Positions 26,943-36,986 of a stretch of DNA of 64,000 nt are shown piece by piece (the stretch's first letter is position 1; every line of letters begins with the position of its first letter). Source of the DNA: Candidatus Woesearchaeota archaeon. Lineage in GTDB: Archaea; Nanobdellota; Nanobdellia; SCGC-AAA011-G17; PNOQ01. The stretch covers positions 5,382-69,381 of the forward strand of contig CAYPAI010000003.1 in the NCBI GenBank assembly GCA_964408705.1, given 5' to 3'. The notes beneath the pieces were generated by a model. The model ran no database searches, was not told the origin of the DNA, and saw nothing but the letters and a program-made list of their open reading frames with translations. The position numbers and the translations under genes were made by a program.

Positions 26943-28427
26943 ATGATGGGTGCTTATACTAAAAAAGTGATAAGAGGTGCAACTTACTTATTTATCTTTT
27001 CAGTTTTAGCATCATTCATTTCTTATTTTACAAGGATTTATCTAGCTAGAAATCTCACTCTTGAAGAATTTGGTTTATTTTTTGCAGTTTTTTCTTTGTT
27101 TAATTTTTTGGTTATTTTTAAAGACCTAGGACTAGGTCAGGCCATGGTTAAATTTTTATCTGAATTTCAGGCTAATAATGAGTTTAATAAATCTAAGACT
27201 TCAATTTTTATCGTAACATCTATTCAATTGTCTTTAGCTTTTATAATATCTGCATTTATGATTTTTTTTGCAAAGTTTCTTAGTGAAAATTATTTTAAGA
27301 ATCCAGAATCTTTTTATCTAATCATTATTTTATCACTTTGGTTTTTCTTAAGTACTATTCAAGGAATTGTATTTCAAGTGTTTTATGGTTTAAAATATTT
27401 TTTTATTTTTTCACTAAAAGATTTTATTAAGAATTTTATTTTTATTTTATTACTTATTCTTTTATTTTCTTTAGGTTTCGGATTGTTTAGTCCTGCTCTT
27501 GCATGGTTGTTTACAACTATTTTACTTGCTTTATTTTTCTTTCCTTTAATGTTATCAAAATTTAATTTTTTTAAATATCGTTTAGTGAATCAATTTGAAA
27601 TTTCTAAAAAATTATTTTGGTTTGGAGTTCCTTTAATATTTTTAACTGCAGGTAGTTTGGTTATAGGGTATCTAGATACTTTGATGTTGACTTATTTTAG
27701 GAGTCTTGAAGAAGTTGGCATTTATAATGTAGTCTTGCCTTCTGCAATGCTTCTTATTTTTCTTGGGCGTTCTATTGCGCTTACGATCTTTCCAATAGGT
27801 TCCGAACTTTGGATAAAAAACCAAAAGAAAAAACTTTCTAATGGGTTAAGTTTAATGTTAAAGTATTCTTTTTTAGCTGTAATGCCTATAGCATTGTCTT
27901 TAATAATCTTCTCAGATTTATTTTTAAAAATATTTTTTGGTCCAGAGTATATTGCAGGAAGTTTATCTTTTAAAATACTATTAGTAGGAGTTATTTTCTA
28001 TATTATTGCACAAATAAATAATTCAATTATATCTTCGATAGGTATGCCTAAAAAAGTTACAAAAATTGTGTTGTGGGCAGCACTTCTGAATATTCTAGTT
28101 AATTTGATACTTATTCCTATTTTTGGAATTGTTGGAGCAGCTTTTGCCACTACTATGAGTTATATGTTGGTTTGTTTTTTAAGCATACTTGAAATAAGGA
28201 AAGTTTTTGATTTTAATCCACCTTGGAGCTCATGGATTAAGACACTATTTTCAGGAATATTATTTGTGTTATCTATTGAAGTTATGTCCAATCTATTTAA
28301 TTTTAATTTATGGTTAGAATTAATTGTTGTATTATTTGCTTCTATTCTTGTATACTTATTTGCATTATTTATTACTCGCGTTATAACATATTCTGAAATA
28401 AAAGGTCTTATTAAAAATATTATCTAA
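26943..28427 (+). CDS. Wzx/MOP-family oligosaccharide flippase
   Basis: ~14 TM; DLGLG, DTLML...EVGIYN, LIPIFGIVGAAFAT. Confidence 0.9.
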   Translation: MMGAYTKKVIRGATYLFIFSVLASFISYFTRIYLARNLTLEEFGLFFAVFSLFNFLVIFKDLGLGQAMVKFLSEFQANNEFNKSKTSIFIVTSIQLSLAFIISAFMIFFAKFLSENYFKNPESFYLIIILSLWFFLSTIQGIVFQVFYGLKYFFIFSLKDFIKNFIFILLLILLFSLGFGLFSPALAWLFTTILLALFFFPLMLSKFNFFKYRLVNQFEISKKLFWFGVPLIFLTAGSLVIGYLDTLMLTYFRSLEEVGIYNVVLPSAMLLIFLGRSIALTIFPIGSELWIKNQKKKLSNGLSLMLKYSFLAVMPIALSLIIFSDLFLKIFFGPEYIAGSLSFKILLVGVIFYIIAQINNSIISSIGMPKKVTKIVLWAALLNILVNLILIPIFGIVGAAFATTMSYMLVCFLSILEIRKVFDFNPPWSSWIKTLFSGILFVLSIEVMSNLFNFNLWLELIVVLFASILVYLFALFITRVITYSEIKGLIKNII

Positions 28428-29941
28428 AGGTTTATACTATCTATTGTTTCTTTTATCAAATTTTTAGTTTCGTCTGATTTTTTAATCTTTAAATCGTCCA
28501 TCAAATTTTCTATTACTTCTCCATCCATATCTGAGGGTATAGGTATTCCAAAATATGCTAGTGCTGTGGGAGTTATATTTAAAACATGAGTATTTATTTC
28601 TTTATTTTTTTTAACTTTATTTCCAAGTGCAATAAATATTCCATCTACATGGTGATCTGCTTGAATATGTTCATCATTTATTTCTGTTATTACTTTTTTT
28701 TCAATGTTATATCCTGTGTTTGACTTTACTGCTCCTTCTTCTGCAATAAAAACTATATCTGGTGCTTTCTCTAAGTAAGGACCATGATATAATTCCTCCC
28801 TAGTGTAGACTTCTAGTTTTATTTCTTTTTCCTTAAAGAATTTTTTTAAATCTTTCATTATTTTTTCCTTAGTCTCTACGTATTCTTCTTCAGAAACACT
28901 TCCTTCATTTTCTCTGCCTTTGAGATTTATGATTATTCTACCTTGTACTCCTGCAGAATAAGCTTTTGTTTTTTCCCAGTCTATTAAATTAGTTACATCT
29001 GTTTCTTTTTCATTTTTTATTATTGAGCCAATAAAGAATCTATATTTGTTTCTCACGTTTTTACTTATATATTTCATTAGTTTCAATTTTACTAATATTG
29101 AAACCATTGGATTAAATATTTTTTCATAGTTTTTTGAGTTTAATCCCAATTTTGCCAAAATACTGGGCTTTGCTTTCTTTTTTAAAGTTAAATATCCTTT
29201 TTCTTCTAACCAGTTGTTTATATTAAAATTTTTCTTTAGTTTTGTCATCCCATGATCTGAAACAATGATTAAACAAGTATCTTTATCTAATTTTTTTACA
29301 AATTTTTCTAATCTACTGTCTATTTTTTTAAGTGCAGTTTTTATAAATTCTTTATGATTCCACCTAAAGTGTAATATTGGATCATTTACATAAATGTTCA
29401 TAGATAATAAATTAAACTTTTTATTTTTTAGTATATAATCTAATTGATCAAATCTTAAGTCAAGAAGATCTAATAATCTTTGATTAAACATAGGGTTTCT
29501 TGAATTTAATCCTGCAGTTGTATCTTCTGGCCATGAGAAATTGAACCAATCTTTTCTTAAATGGTCTCCTTCACCAAAGCTTATTTCAGATCTGAAAGGA
29601 GAAGATAAAGGTATATTGATAAGTCCACATTTTAGATCTGATTCTTGAAGATATTCCCATAAAAATTTAGATTTTATATCGCTTGAGCATACATAATGGC
29701 CAGGTTTATAATTATTTATTGAACAAAAATCAAACACCCCATGTTTACCAGGGTTTTTACCTGTAAATATTGCTGGCCATGCTGTTGCTGTAATTGGTAA
29801 TATAACACTTCTTAGTTTTCCCCATGCTTTTTCTTTTTTTAGCTTATTAAAGAATTTTAAGTCGCCTGATTCGATTAAAGGATCTATTGCATTCCAAGTT
29901 GCCCCATCTAGGCCTAATATTATTAATTTTTTTTTATTCAT
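28424..29941 (-). CDS. Alkaline phosphatase superfamily (type I phosphodiesterase/nucleotide pyrophosphatase-like)
   Basis: ILGLDGAT, PITATAW...TGKNPGKHGVFDF, VSDHG, INLKGRE, APD, DHH..GIF. Confidence 0.85.
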   Translation of the reverse strand: MNKKKLIILGLDGATWNAIDPLIESGDLKFFNKLKKEKAWGKLRSVILPITATAWPAIFTGKNPGKHGVFDFCSINNYKPGHYVCSSDIKSKFLWEYLQESDLKCGLINIPLSSPFRSEISFGEGDHLRKDWFNFSWPEDTTAGLNSRNPMFNQRLLDLLDLRFDQLDYILKNKKFNLLSMNIYVNDPILHFRWNHKEFIKTALKKIDSRLEKFVKKLDKDTCLIIVSDHGMTKLKKNFNINNWLEEKGYLTLKKKAKPSILAKLGLNSKNYEKIFNPMVSILVKLKLMKYISKNVRNKYRFFIGSIIKNEKETDVTNLIDWEKTKAYSAGVQGRIIINLKGRENEGSVSEEEYVETKEKIMKDLKKFFKEKEIKLEVYTREELYHGPYLEKAPDIVFIAEEGAVKSNTGYNIEKKVITEINDEHIQADHHVDGIFIALGNKVKKNKEINTHVLNITPTALAYFGIPIPSDMDGEVIENLMDDLKIKKSDETKNLIKETIDSINL

Positions 29942-30947
29942 TTGTATATGGTTTGATCATTCTCATTATTTCAAGTATTGTTAAATGTTTGGAACTTCTT
30001 GAGTCATATTCAGTTTTTTGATTTTTTGATTCAAATCCTTTCTCAATCTCATGAGGATTAAAATGTCCAGGGTACAATACAAACATATCTTTTAAGTTTT
30101 TAACATTTCTTGATTCTTCTTGAGTTAGTAGTATTTCATGTAACTTTTCTCCTGGTCTTACTCCAGTTATTTTTATCCTTGACCTATTATTCTCTGAGGA
30201 GATGTTCATATTATTTATTACAGCTTTAGCTAGATCTATAATTCTTAAACTTTTCATTTTTAGTATAAAAATTTCTCTACCTTTAGAAATTTCTGCTGCC
30301 CTTAAGACAAGATTGGTTGCTTCTTTTATTGACATAAAAAATCTAGTCATATCTGTTGATGTTATTGTTATGGGTTTACCTTTTTTTATTTGATTTATGA
30401 AAGTAGGAATTACAGATCCGCTGGAGTTTAATACATTTCCAAATCTTACACAACAAAATTTTGTCTTGTAGGATCCGATATCATTTATTATTAATTTTTC
30501 ACTCAATAGTTTGGTTGCACCCATTGTGTTGATTGGATTTACTGCCTTATCTGTACTTATAAAAACTACTTTATCTATTTCTTCTTCTCTAGATATTTTA
30601 ATTACATTCTGAGTTCCTATCACGTTAGTTTTTACTGCTTCATAAGGATTATACTCACACAGAGGTACGTGTTTTAATGCAGCGCAATGGAATACTATAT
30701 TCGTATTTTTCATTGCAACTTTTAATCTCGTTTCATCTCTAATATCTCCTATTAAGTATCTTGCTTTTTTGAAATTATTTAATTCCTGCTGTATTTCGAA
30801 CATTTTTGCTTCGTCGTTATCAAATATTTTAATAAGTTTTGGTTTATGTTTTATTAATTGCCTAACTATCTCTGACCCTATTGATCCACATCCTCCTGTA
30901 ACAAGGATTTCTTTATTTTTGAATATATTTTTCTTTAAAAAATTCAT
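29934..30947 (-). CDS. UDP-N-acetylglucosamine 4,6-dehydratase (PseB/CapD-like)
   Basis: TGGCGSIG, AALKHVP, STDKAVNP, MGATK, RFGNV, MTRF, RPGEKLHE. Confidence 0.9.
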   Translation of the reverse strand: MNFLKKNIFKNKEILVTGGCGSIGSEIVRQLIKHKPKLIKIFDNDEAKMFEIQQELNNFKKARYLIGDIRDETRLKVAMKNTNIVFHCAALKHVPLCEYNPYEAVKTNVIGTQNVIKISREEEIDKVVFISTDKAVNPINTMGATKLLSEKLIINDIGSYKTKFCCVRFGNVLNSSGSVIPTFINQIKKGKPITITSTDMTRFFMSIKEATNLVLRAAEISKGREIFILKMKSLRIIDLAKAVINNMNISSENNRSRIKITGVRPGEKLHEILLTQEESRNVKNLKDMFVLYPGHFNPHEIEKGFESKNQKTEYDSRSSKHLTILEIMRMIKPYTNE

Positions 30948-32067
30948 TTATACTCTCAACCATATAGTTTAATTCTTCATTTTTTAGTTCTACATGCATA
31001 GGTAATGTTAAAACTTTGTTTGCAATATCTTCTGTGTTAGGTAGGTGTCCTTTAGCCAAATTTAGCTCTTTTTGATATAATTTACTTAAGTGAATTGGAT
31101 TAAAATATACTTTAGTCATTATTCCTTTTTGTTCTAAGAACTTTTGAAGGTTATTTCTTTGTTCATTATTTTTTAAAATAATTGTATACATCTGATATAC
31201 ATTAAAATGGTTTTTAGGTGCTATTGGTAAGATTATGTCATTTATCTTGGATAATTCTTGGTTAAGGTAACTTGCAATATCATTTCTTTTTTTTATTATC
31301 TTGTCTAATTTATTTAATTGACTTATTCCTAGTGCTGCATTTATTGTCGGTAGCCTAAAATTATATCCAATAGTAGTATATTCGTTTTCATTAATGTTAG
31401 AAAAATAATCTCCATGCTTTTCTTCAAATCTCCCATGGGATCTTATTAGTTTCATCTTTTCATATATTTTTTTAGACTTAGTTAGTGCAATTCCACCTTC
31501 ACCTGTTGTGATTATTTTATTTTGACAAAGACTAAATATTGAACTATCTCCCAATGTTCCAACGTGCTCTTCTTCAATTTTTGCACCAAATGCTTGTGCT
31601 GCATCTTCAATTAAAAGTATATTTTTTTCTTTTGCTAATTTTTTTAGTTTTATTGTGTCTCTTGCAGGACAACCCTGAAAATGTACTAATATTATTGCTT
31701 TTGTTTTATCACTTATTTTTCTTTTTACATCTTCAAAGTCTAAACCCAAAGTTTCTGTTTCAGATTCTGCAAAGATGGGTATACCTTTTGCAAGAAGTAC
31801 TGCATTAGATGTCGCTATAAATGTAAAAGAAGGCACTATAATCTCTTTTTCTTCTATATCATGAGCTAATAATAAAGTATGTAATGCTGAGGTTCCAGAG
31901 TTAAATGCAAGTACATTTTGCATGTCTAATAATTTTCCAATTTTATTTTCAAATTCTTTTATTTCTGGACCATCTGCCCAAAATGAACCCCTTCTTAGAA
32001 CTTTTTCTACTGAAGAAATGTCTTCTTCATCATAATGCATTTTGAATAAAGGTATTTTCCAGTTCAT
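30913..32067 (-). CDS. DegT/DnrJ/EryC1/StrS sugar aminotransferase
   Basis: NSGTSALH, PSFTFIAT, EDAAQ, S..QNKIITTGEGG, GYNFR. Confidence 0.92.
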   Translation of the reverse strand: MNWKIPLFKMHYDEEDISSVEKVLRRGSFWADGPEIKEFENKIGKLLDMQNVLAFNSGTSALHTLLLAHDIEEKEIIVPSFTFIATSNAVLLAKGIPIFAESETETLGLDFEDVKRKISDKTKAIILVHFQGCPARDTIKLKKLAKEKNILLIEDAAQAFGAKIEEEHVGTLGDSSIFSLCQNKIITTGEGGIALTKSKKIYEKMKLIRSHGRFEEKHGDYFSNINENEYTTIGYNFRLPTINAALGISQLNKLDKIIKKRNDIASYLNQELSKINDIILPIAPKNHFNVYQMYTIILKNNEQRNNLQKFLEQKGIMTKVYFNPIHLSKLYQKELNLAKGHLPNTEDIANKVLTLPMHVELKNEELNYMVESINEFFKEKYIQK

Positions 32068-32070
32068 TAT

Positions 32071-33138
32071 TTATCTCCTATAATAAGGGAAAAAATTATC
32101 GTTTACTTTGCTTTTGTTATTCCCGTCTACCGAGTCTCTGAGAGCGCATAGTCTTTTATAAGTTTTATTATCGTGAATTATATTTGCAGTATAAAGCCTT
32201 CTCCTTAACTTAGAAAAACTTTTTTTGAACTTAAATAATGAATCACCATCATTCAATCCACCCCCCAAATGAAGGAACTTATTTTTATTTTTTTTACCCA
32301 TCTTTATTGCCTCCCAAATTATTAAATTATTTGGTGATAAGTTTAAGTATGTTTTATCTGAACCGGCAAAATGATAATTGATAAATTTATCCATCTGAAT
32401 AAATAATGCTGCAGATATCATTTGGCCATTATGTTCTGCTATTATTATTGAAATTTTGTTTTTTAAAAATTTTAGATGGTTTTCAAAAAATTTAATCGGG
32501 AATAAATATTTTAAATTTGCTTTATTTTTCTTCATAGTAGATAGATACAATTTTGTGAAATTTTTTAGGTCTTTCTTGTCTTTTGAAAATCTTATTTTAA
32601 CATTTTTTTTAATGGCTTTTCTAATTAAATTTCTAGTTTTTTTATTTAGCTCCATTAAAATATGTTCTTGGGTTAAGTCTACATATACTGTTTTATTTTG
32701 TTTTTTTAGTTTATATAATCTTGAGTATATCTTATGGTTTTCTATTAAAGGATGAAATCTTATGAAGCTTGTAACAATCCTTTTCTTCTTACATAAAGAG
32801 GAGTATTCTAATTTGAAATATTCTAATAATTTTTCTTTATTTTTTCCAAATTTAGATAAAGGTCCTGAATAACCATAAGGAGAGATCAAATCATAATACT
32901 TTTTTCCATTCAGGTTTATTTCCCTTTTAATCAAACTTAAAAGTATAAACTCATTTTTATTTCCAAAGAATAATAAGATTGGTTTTCCACAAAAGTTTTC
33001 ATCGATATGTTTGTTATAATTATCATTGTATATTTTTAAATATTCTGGTGTAAAATATACATCCTTATCTTTGATTTTAGAAAGAAGTTTATTCCATTCT
33101 TTAGTGTTTTCAATGTCAATTATTTTAGACTCAAACAT
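32071..33138 (-). CDS. FemAB-like/GNAT N-acyltransferase
   Basis: SPYGYSGP, FIRFHP, YHFAGS, HLGGG...SLFKFK. Confidence 0.8.
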   Translation of the reverse strand: MFESKIIDIENTKEWNKLLSKIKDKDVYFTPEYLKIYNDNYNKHIDENFCGKPILLFFGNKNEFILLSLIKREINLNGKKYYDLISPYGYSGPLSKFGKNKEKLLEYFKLEYSSLCKKKRIVTSFIRFHPLIENHKIYSRLYKLKKQNKTVYVDLTQEHILMELNKKTRNLIRKAIKKNVKIRFSKDKKDLKNFTKLYLSTMKKNKANLKYLFPIKFFENHLKFLKNKISIIIAEHNGQMISAALFIQMDKFINYHFAGSDKTYLNLSPNNLIIWEAIKMGKKNKNKFLHLGGGLNDGDSLFKFKKSFSKLRRRLYTANIIHDNKTYKRLCALRDSVDGNNKSKVNDNFFPYYRR

Positions 33139-34186
33139 TTTTTAATATTATCTCCATAATTTTTTTTATATCTTTTTGAGAGTATCTTTGGTCAATAGGT
33201 ATTGTTAATATTGTTTTTGATATTTTCCAGCAGTTTTCGAATTCCTTACAGTTTATCTCTTCTGGAAGGGCCCAGTGAATAGGGGGGTATATTTTATTTT
33301 GGATTAATTTTTGTCTTATTTCATTTCTAACTTCATTAGACTGAAACAAAACTGGAAATCCTAAGGGGCATTCTTCATTAGTTAGATTAGTTATTACTGG
33401 TTTTAATTTATTAGTTCGATTTATTTGTGATAAGACGTAGTTATAATTTTTTTTTCTTTTTAGGTGGATCTCATTAAAATTAGTTCTTTCTATGATATAT
33501 TTTGATACTTTGGATATAGGTTTAGGTCTCCTATAGTTATTGATTAATTTTTCTTCTGATCTGATTATCAGTTTTCTTGCTAGTTTTTTAAAACCTACTA
33601 GTTTTAAGATTCCTGCATATAATCTTGTTTTATAAAATTTATTTGTATGTGTGTTTGGTAATATCTTTTTTTTAAAATCTCCAATTAAGAATGCCCCATC
33701 TGGGACTGGTAAAAACTTTCGATAACTATTGAAATTAAAATCACCATATTTAATATGGGAAGAGATAAATGATTGTACATTGTCTTCAACTAGTTTAATC
33801 TTTCTTTTTTCACAAACTTTCTTTATTTCTTTTATTTTTGGTTGAATTTTTCCGAAATAATTAATTAAAAAAAGTAATTTTATTGATTTATCTTTTAGTT
33901 TATTTTTAATATCTGTTAAATTTGGTTCCAAGTTATTATTAAGTTTATAGAATTTATAGCCTATATTATTTTTTTTTAATGGTTCCAGTATTGAGTCGCA
34001 TAAATATGAAGGGACTAAAACTTTTGATTTAAAAGTTATATTTTGAGATTTTATTATGTAATCTATACAATCCCTTCCATTAGATAATAATATCATTTTT
34101 GGATGGATATTTTTTATTTTTTTAGTAAAGATTGGAAGTTTTATCTTAAAATCTCCTCCAATCTCTTTTTTAAGATTAGTAATCAT
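33131..34186 (-). CDS. Divergent DegT-like PLP-fold protein
   Basis: EIGG, GRD, PSYLCDSI, INYFG, ED..Q, SYRKF.PVPDGA, TIPIDQRY. Confidence 0.7.
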   Translation of the reverse strand: MITNLKKEIGGDFKIKLPIFTKKIKNIHPKMILLSNGRDCIDYIIKSQNITFKSKVLVPSYLCDSILEPLKKNNIGYKFYKLNNNLEPNLTDIKNKLKDKSIKLLFLINYFGKIQPKIKEIKKVCEKRKIKLVEDNVQSFISSHIKYGDFNFNSYRKFLPVPDGAFLIGDFKKKILPNTHTNKFYKTRLYAGILKLVGFKKLARKLIIRSEEKLINNYRRPKPISKVSKYIIERTNFNEIHLKRKKNYNYVLSQINRTNKLKPVITNLTNEECPLGFPVLFQSNEVRNEIRQKLIQNKIYPPIHWALPEEINCKEFENCWKISKTILTIPIDQRYSQKDIKKIMEIILKNV

Positions 34187-35300
34187 TTTTTTTATCTATT
34201 AATTTTTTGTTTAATTCTATTTTTTCTAAGATTTTACATATTTTTCCTTCAAAATTTTTTGACTTATAAGGATTTTTCAAATTTTCTAGTTTTTTTATAA
34301 AATTTTTATTTATTGCCTTTTGTATAGCTCTAGTTATTTCTTTTTGATTATGTTTAACATTTAATACATTATTTCCTTGTTCTCTGCCTCTTTGTCTATT
34401 TCCTATATTGATGCAAGGGGTCTTGAATTGAGGAGTTTCAACTATTCCAGAACTTGAGTTCCCAACTATAGCTGAACAATTCTTTAGTAGGCCCAAATAT
34501 GTGGATGGTTTCAAATTCTGAAAAGCTATAAAATTATCTTTTGAACTATACTCTTCAATTAAATCAATCATTTCTTTGGAGCCAGGTTCACCATTGGGAT
34601 AGATGATTATTGATTTTAGGTTAAGATTTTCTATTGACTTTAGGGTTTCTTCTAATTGTTTTTTAGATTTTTTTATTTCAGAAAAAACTGGGTGTTGCAA
34701 TACTAAGATAATCTCTTTGGATAAATCTATTTTTAAAATTTTTTCTAATTTTTCTTTTTTTGTTATTTTATTAAACAAAGGAGTTCCTATCATATGGATT
34801 CTCCACTTTTCCTCTCCCATCTTGATTATTCTTTGTTTGCTTTTTTTACTTCCTGGAAAGTGTATGTGGGAAAGTTTAGTTAATGCATGGCGAATTCTAT
34901 CATCTATAGATCCTGATATGTCTCCCCCTGAAATGTGGATTAAAGGAATATTAAGATGCATTCCTGCTATTGCAGTTGCTAATTGTTCATATCTATCTCC
35001 TTCTATCAAAATCAAATCTGGTTTTATTTCTTCAAAGGTTTTTGATAGTTCAATCAATAATTCTCCTGTAAAAACTGAAGTGTTTAATCCCTTATGGGAG
35101 ATGTTTACTGATCCTCTAATTTTTTTAAAAATAGGTAATTTTGTTTTTTCCAAAATTTTGATTCCAAGTTTATTAGTTAGATGTGTTCCAGTTACAATAA
35201 GTTGTAATTCTAGGTTCTTATTTTGATTTATCTGTTGTAAGGTGGGTAACATTAATCCAAACTCAGATCTTGATCCTGTAACATAAGCTATTTTTCTCAT
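34176..35300 (-). CDS. neuC: Hydrolysing UDP-GlcNAc 2-epimerase (NeuC/LegG-like)
   Basis: VTGSRSEFG, TGTHL, GDRYE, GSIDDRIRHALTK, GNSSSG, IGNRQRGR. Confidence 0.9.
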   Translation of the reverse strand: MRKIAYVTGSRSEFGLMLPTLQQINQNKNLELQLIVTGTHLTNKLGIKILEKTKLPIFKKIRGSVNISHKGLNTSVFTGELLIELSKTFEEIKPDLILIEGDRYEQLATAIAGMHLNIPLIHISGGDISGSIDDRIRHALTKLSHIHFPGSKKSKQRIIKMGEEKWRIHMIGTPLFNKITKKEKLEKILKIDLSKEIILVLQHPVFSEIKKSKKQLEETLKSIENLNLKSIIIYPNGEPGSKEMIDLIEEYSSKDNFIAFQNLKPSTYLGLLKNCSAIVGNSSSGIVETPQFKTPCINIGNRQRGREQGNNVLNVKHNQKEITRAIQKAINKNFIKKLENLKNPYKSKNFEGKICKILEKIELNKKLIDKKNDY

Positions 35301-36379
35301 TCTAAATCTTCCATAACTATTATTTTATTTTTTTGTATACTTTTTTTGGTTTTTTTACCTAAAATTTTCTTAATTTCTTCTGGTCTGATACCCTTACCAT
35401 CTGCTCTTTTCATAGATGTGTTATTTTTAGTTAGTGTATCTCCTTTTTCTAAATTGAAGCTAGATACTATCGACTTTTGAAGGACTTTTTTATTTTTTAG
35501 TTCTGTCTTAGTAGGTATTTTATCATAAGAACCCCTTATTAGGTCATAGAATTTAGTTCCAATTTTGTTTTTTACATATTCTTTCTTGTTTTGTATTTTT
35601 TCTAATTTTCTAATTTCAAGCACTAATTCCTTTAATTGAGAAGAAGATAGTGCAAATTTATGATCTGGCCCATCTGCTAATGGATCATGGGTAAAGTGTT
35701 TTTCTATTATCTTTGCTCCGAGTGATACGGCTACAAGTGAACATTCAATGCCTAAAGTGTGGTCCGAGTATCCTACTATTCCTCCAGTTTTTTCCCTTAT
35801 AGTTAGCATTGAATTTAAATTTGCATCTTCATATTTAGTAGGATATTCACTTGTACAATGGAGAAAAATTAAGTTATTATTTATTTTACTAATTTTTTTT
35901 TGAATATCTGTTATTTGTTCAATATTGCTCATTCCAGTAGAAATAATTATTTTTTTTTGATAACTTGCAACATATTTTAAAAAACCTATGTTTGTTAATT
36001 CTCCTGAGCCAATTTTGATTATAGGTAAGTTTAGTTCTTCTATTAAAAATTTTGCACTTTTTTCTTCATCTGGAGTAGATAAAAATAATATATTTTTTTC
36101 TTCACAATATCTTTTTAATTTTTCAAAGTCTTTGTAAGTGAGTTCTAAGTTTTTTATCATATCAAATTGGCTTTCATTAGAACTTGTTCTTTCTTTTTGA
36201 TAATCTGCTTTTTTAGTGTTAGGAATAATTAACTCTTCAGTGATCCATGTTTGAAATTTAACTGCATCTGCTCCAGAGTCTTTAGCAATATCTACTAATA
36301 GTTTAGCTTTATCTAAACTACCGTCGTGACAAACTCCTGCTTCAGCAATAATAAAACAGCTATTATCTTCAGATAACAT
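35297..36379 (-). CDS. neuB: Nonulosonic acid synthase (NeuB/LegI-like)
   Basis: IIAEAGVCHDG, ADAVKFQ, KIGSGE, STGM, LHCTSEYP, GYSDHT, IEKHFT, DGPDH; SAF domain. Confidence 0.93.
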   Translation of the reverse strand: MLSEDNSCFIIAEAGVCHDGSLDKAKLLVDIAKDSGADAVKFQTWITEELIIPNTKKADYQKERTSSNESQFDMIKNLELTYKDFEKLKRYCEEKNILFLSTPDEEKSAKFLIEELNLPIIKIGSGELTNIGFLKYVASYQKKIIISTGMSNIEQITDIQKKISKINNNLIFLHCTSEYPTKYEDANLNSMLTIREKTGGIVGYSDHTLGIECSLVAVSLGAKIIEKHFTHDPLADGPDHKFALSSSQLKELVLEIRKLEKIQNKKEYVKNKIGTKFYDLIRGSYDKIPTKTELKNKKVLQKSIVSSFNLEKGDTLTKNNTSMKRADGKGIRPEEIKKILGKKTKKSIQKNKIIVMEDLE

Positions 36380-36428
36380 AGTAGATTATACTCCCATTAT
36401 AGGCATTATAAGTCTTGTGAAAAAAAGA

Positions 36429-36986
36429 TTAAGAACTGTTATTTTGGTTGTATTCTTCTATTTCCATCCAGATTGAGTTTGGTGGAAACATAAACATAAG
36501 AAAGCTTTTTTCATAATATGTTTGCATTCTTTCTGATTTATTTATTAATTTTTTAATTAAATTTATTGGAAAATATTTATCAAAGTTTAAATTAAACCAT
36601 ATCTTATTTATTTTTAGGTTATAGTCTCTATTTATCCAATCATTCTTCTTTTTTCTTCTCTTGTCTAAATTTCTTAAATCAGTTATAGAGTATCCCATTG
36701 AAGAGATATCCTTTTCAAATATTACTGTCGACCTATAAATCAAAGGTGTGAAGTTTATTATTACTTTTTGTCCAATCCTACATAGTTCTTTCAAACTTGG
36801 TATGATCTCAGAAGTTTTTATATATGGTGTTACGCTTTTGCAGTATACCACACTAAACTCTTTATTTTTGAAAGGTTGTAGTTTAGGTAGAGGGGGTACA
36901 ACTTTATCAGGATTTACTTCTTTAGTTATATCTACATTTAAATATTCTTTTAATTTTTCTTTCCCGCATCCATAATTAATCTTCAT
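36429..36986 (-). CDS. Divergent class I SAM-dependent methyltransferase
   Basis: INYGCG...YLNVD motif I; resembles the 50732-51262 protein. Confidence 0.6.
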   Translation of the reverse strand: MKINYGCGKEKLKEYLNVDITKEVNPDKVVPPLPKLQPFKNKEFSVVYCKSVTPYIKTSEIIPSLKELCRIGQKVIINFTPLIYRSTVIFEKDISSMGYSITDLRNLDKRRKKKNDWINRDYNLKINKIWFNLNFDKYFPINLIKKLINKSERMQTYYEKSFLMFMFPPNSIWMEIEEYNQNNSS

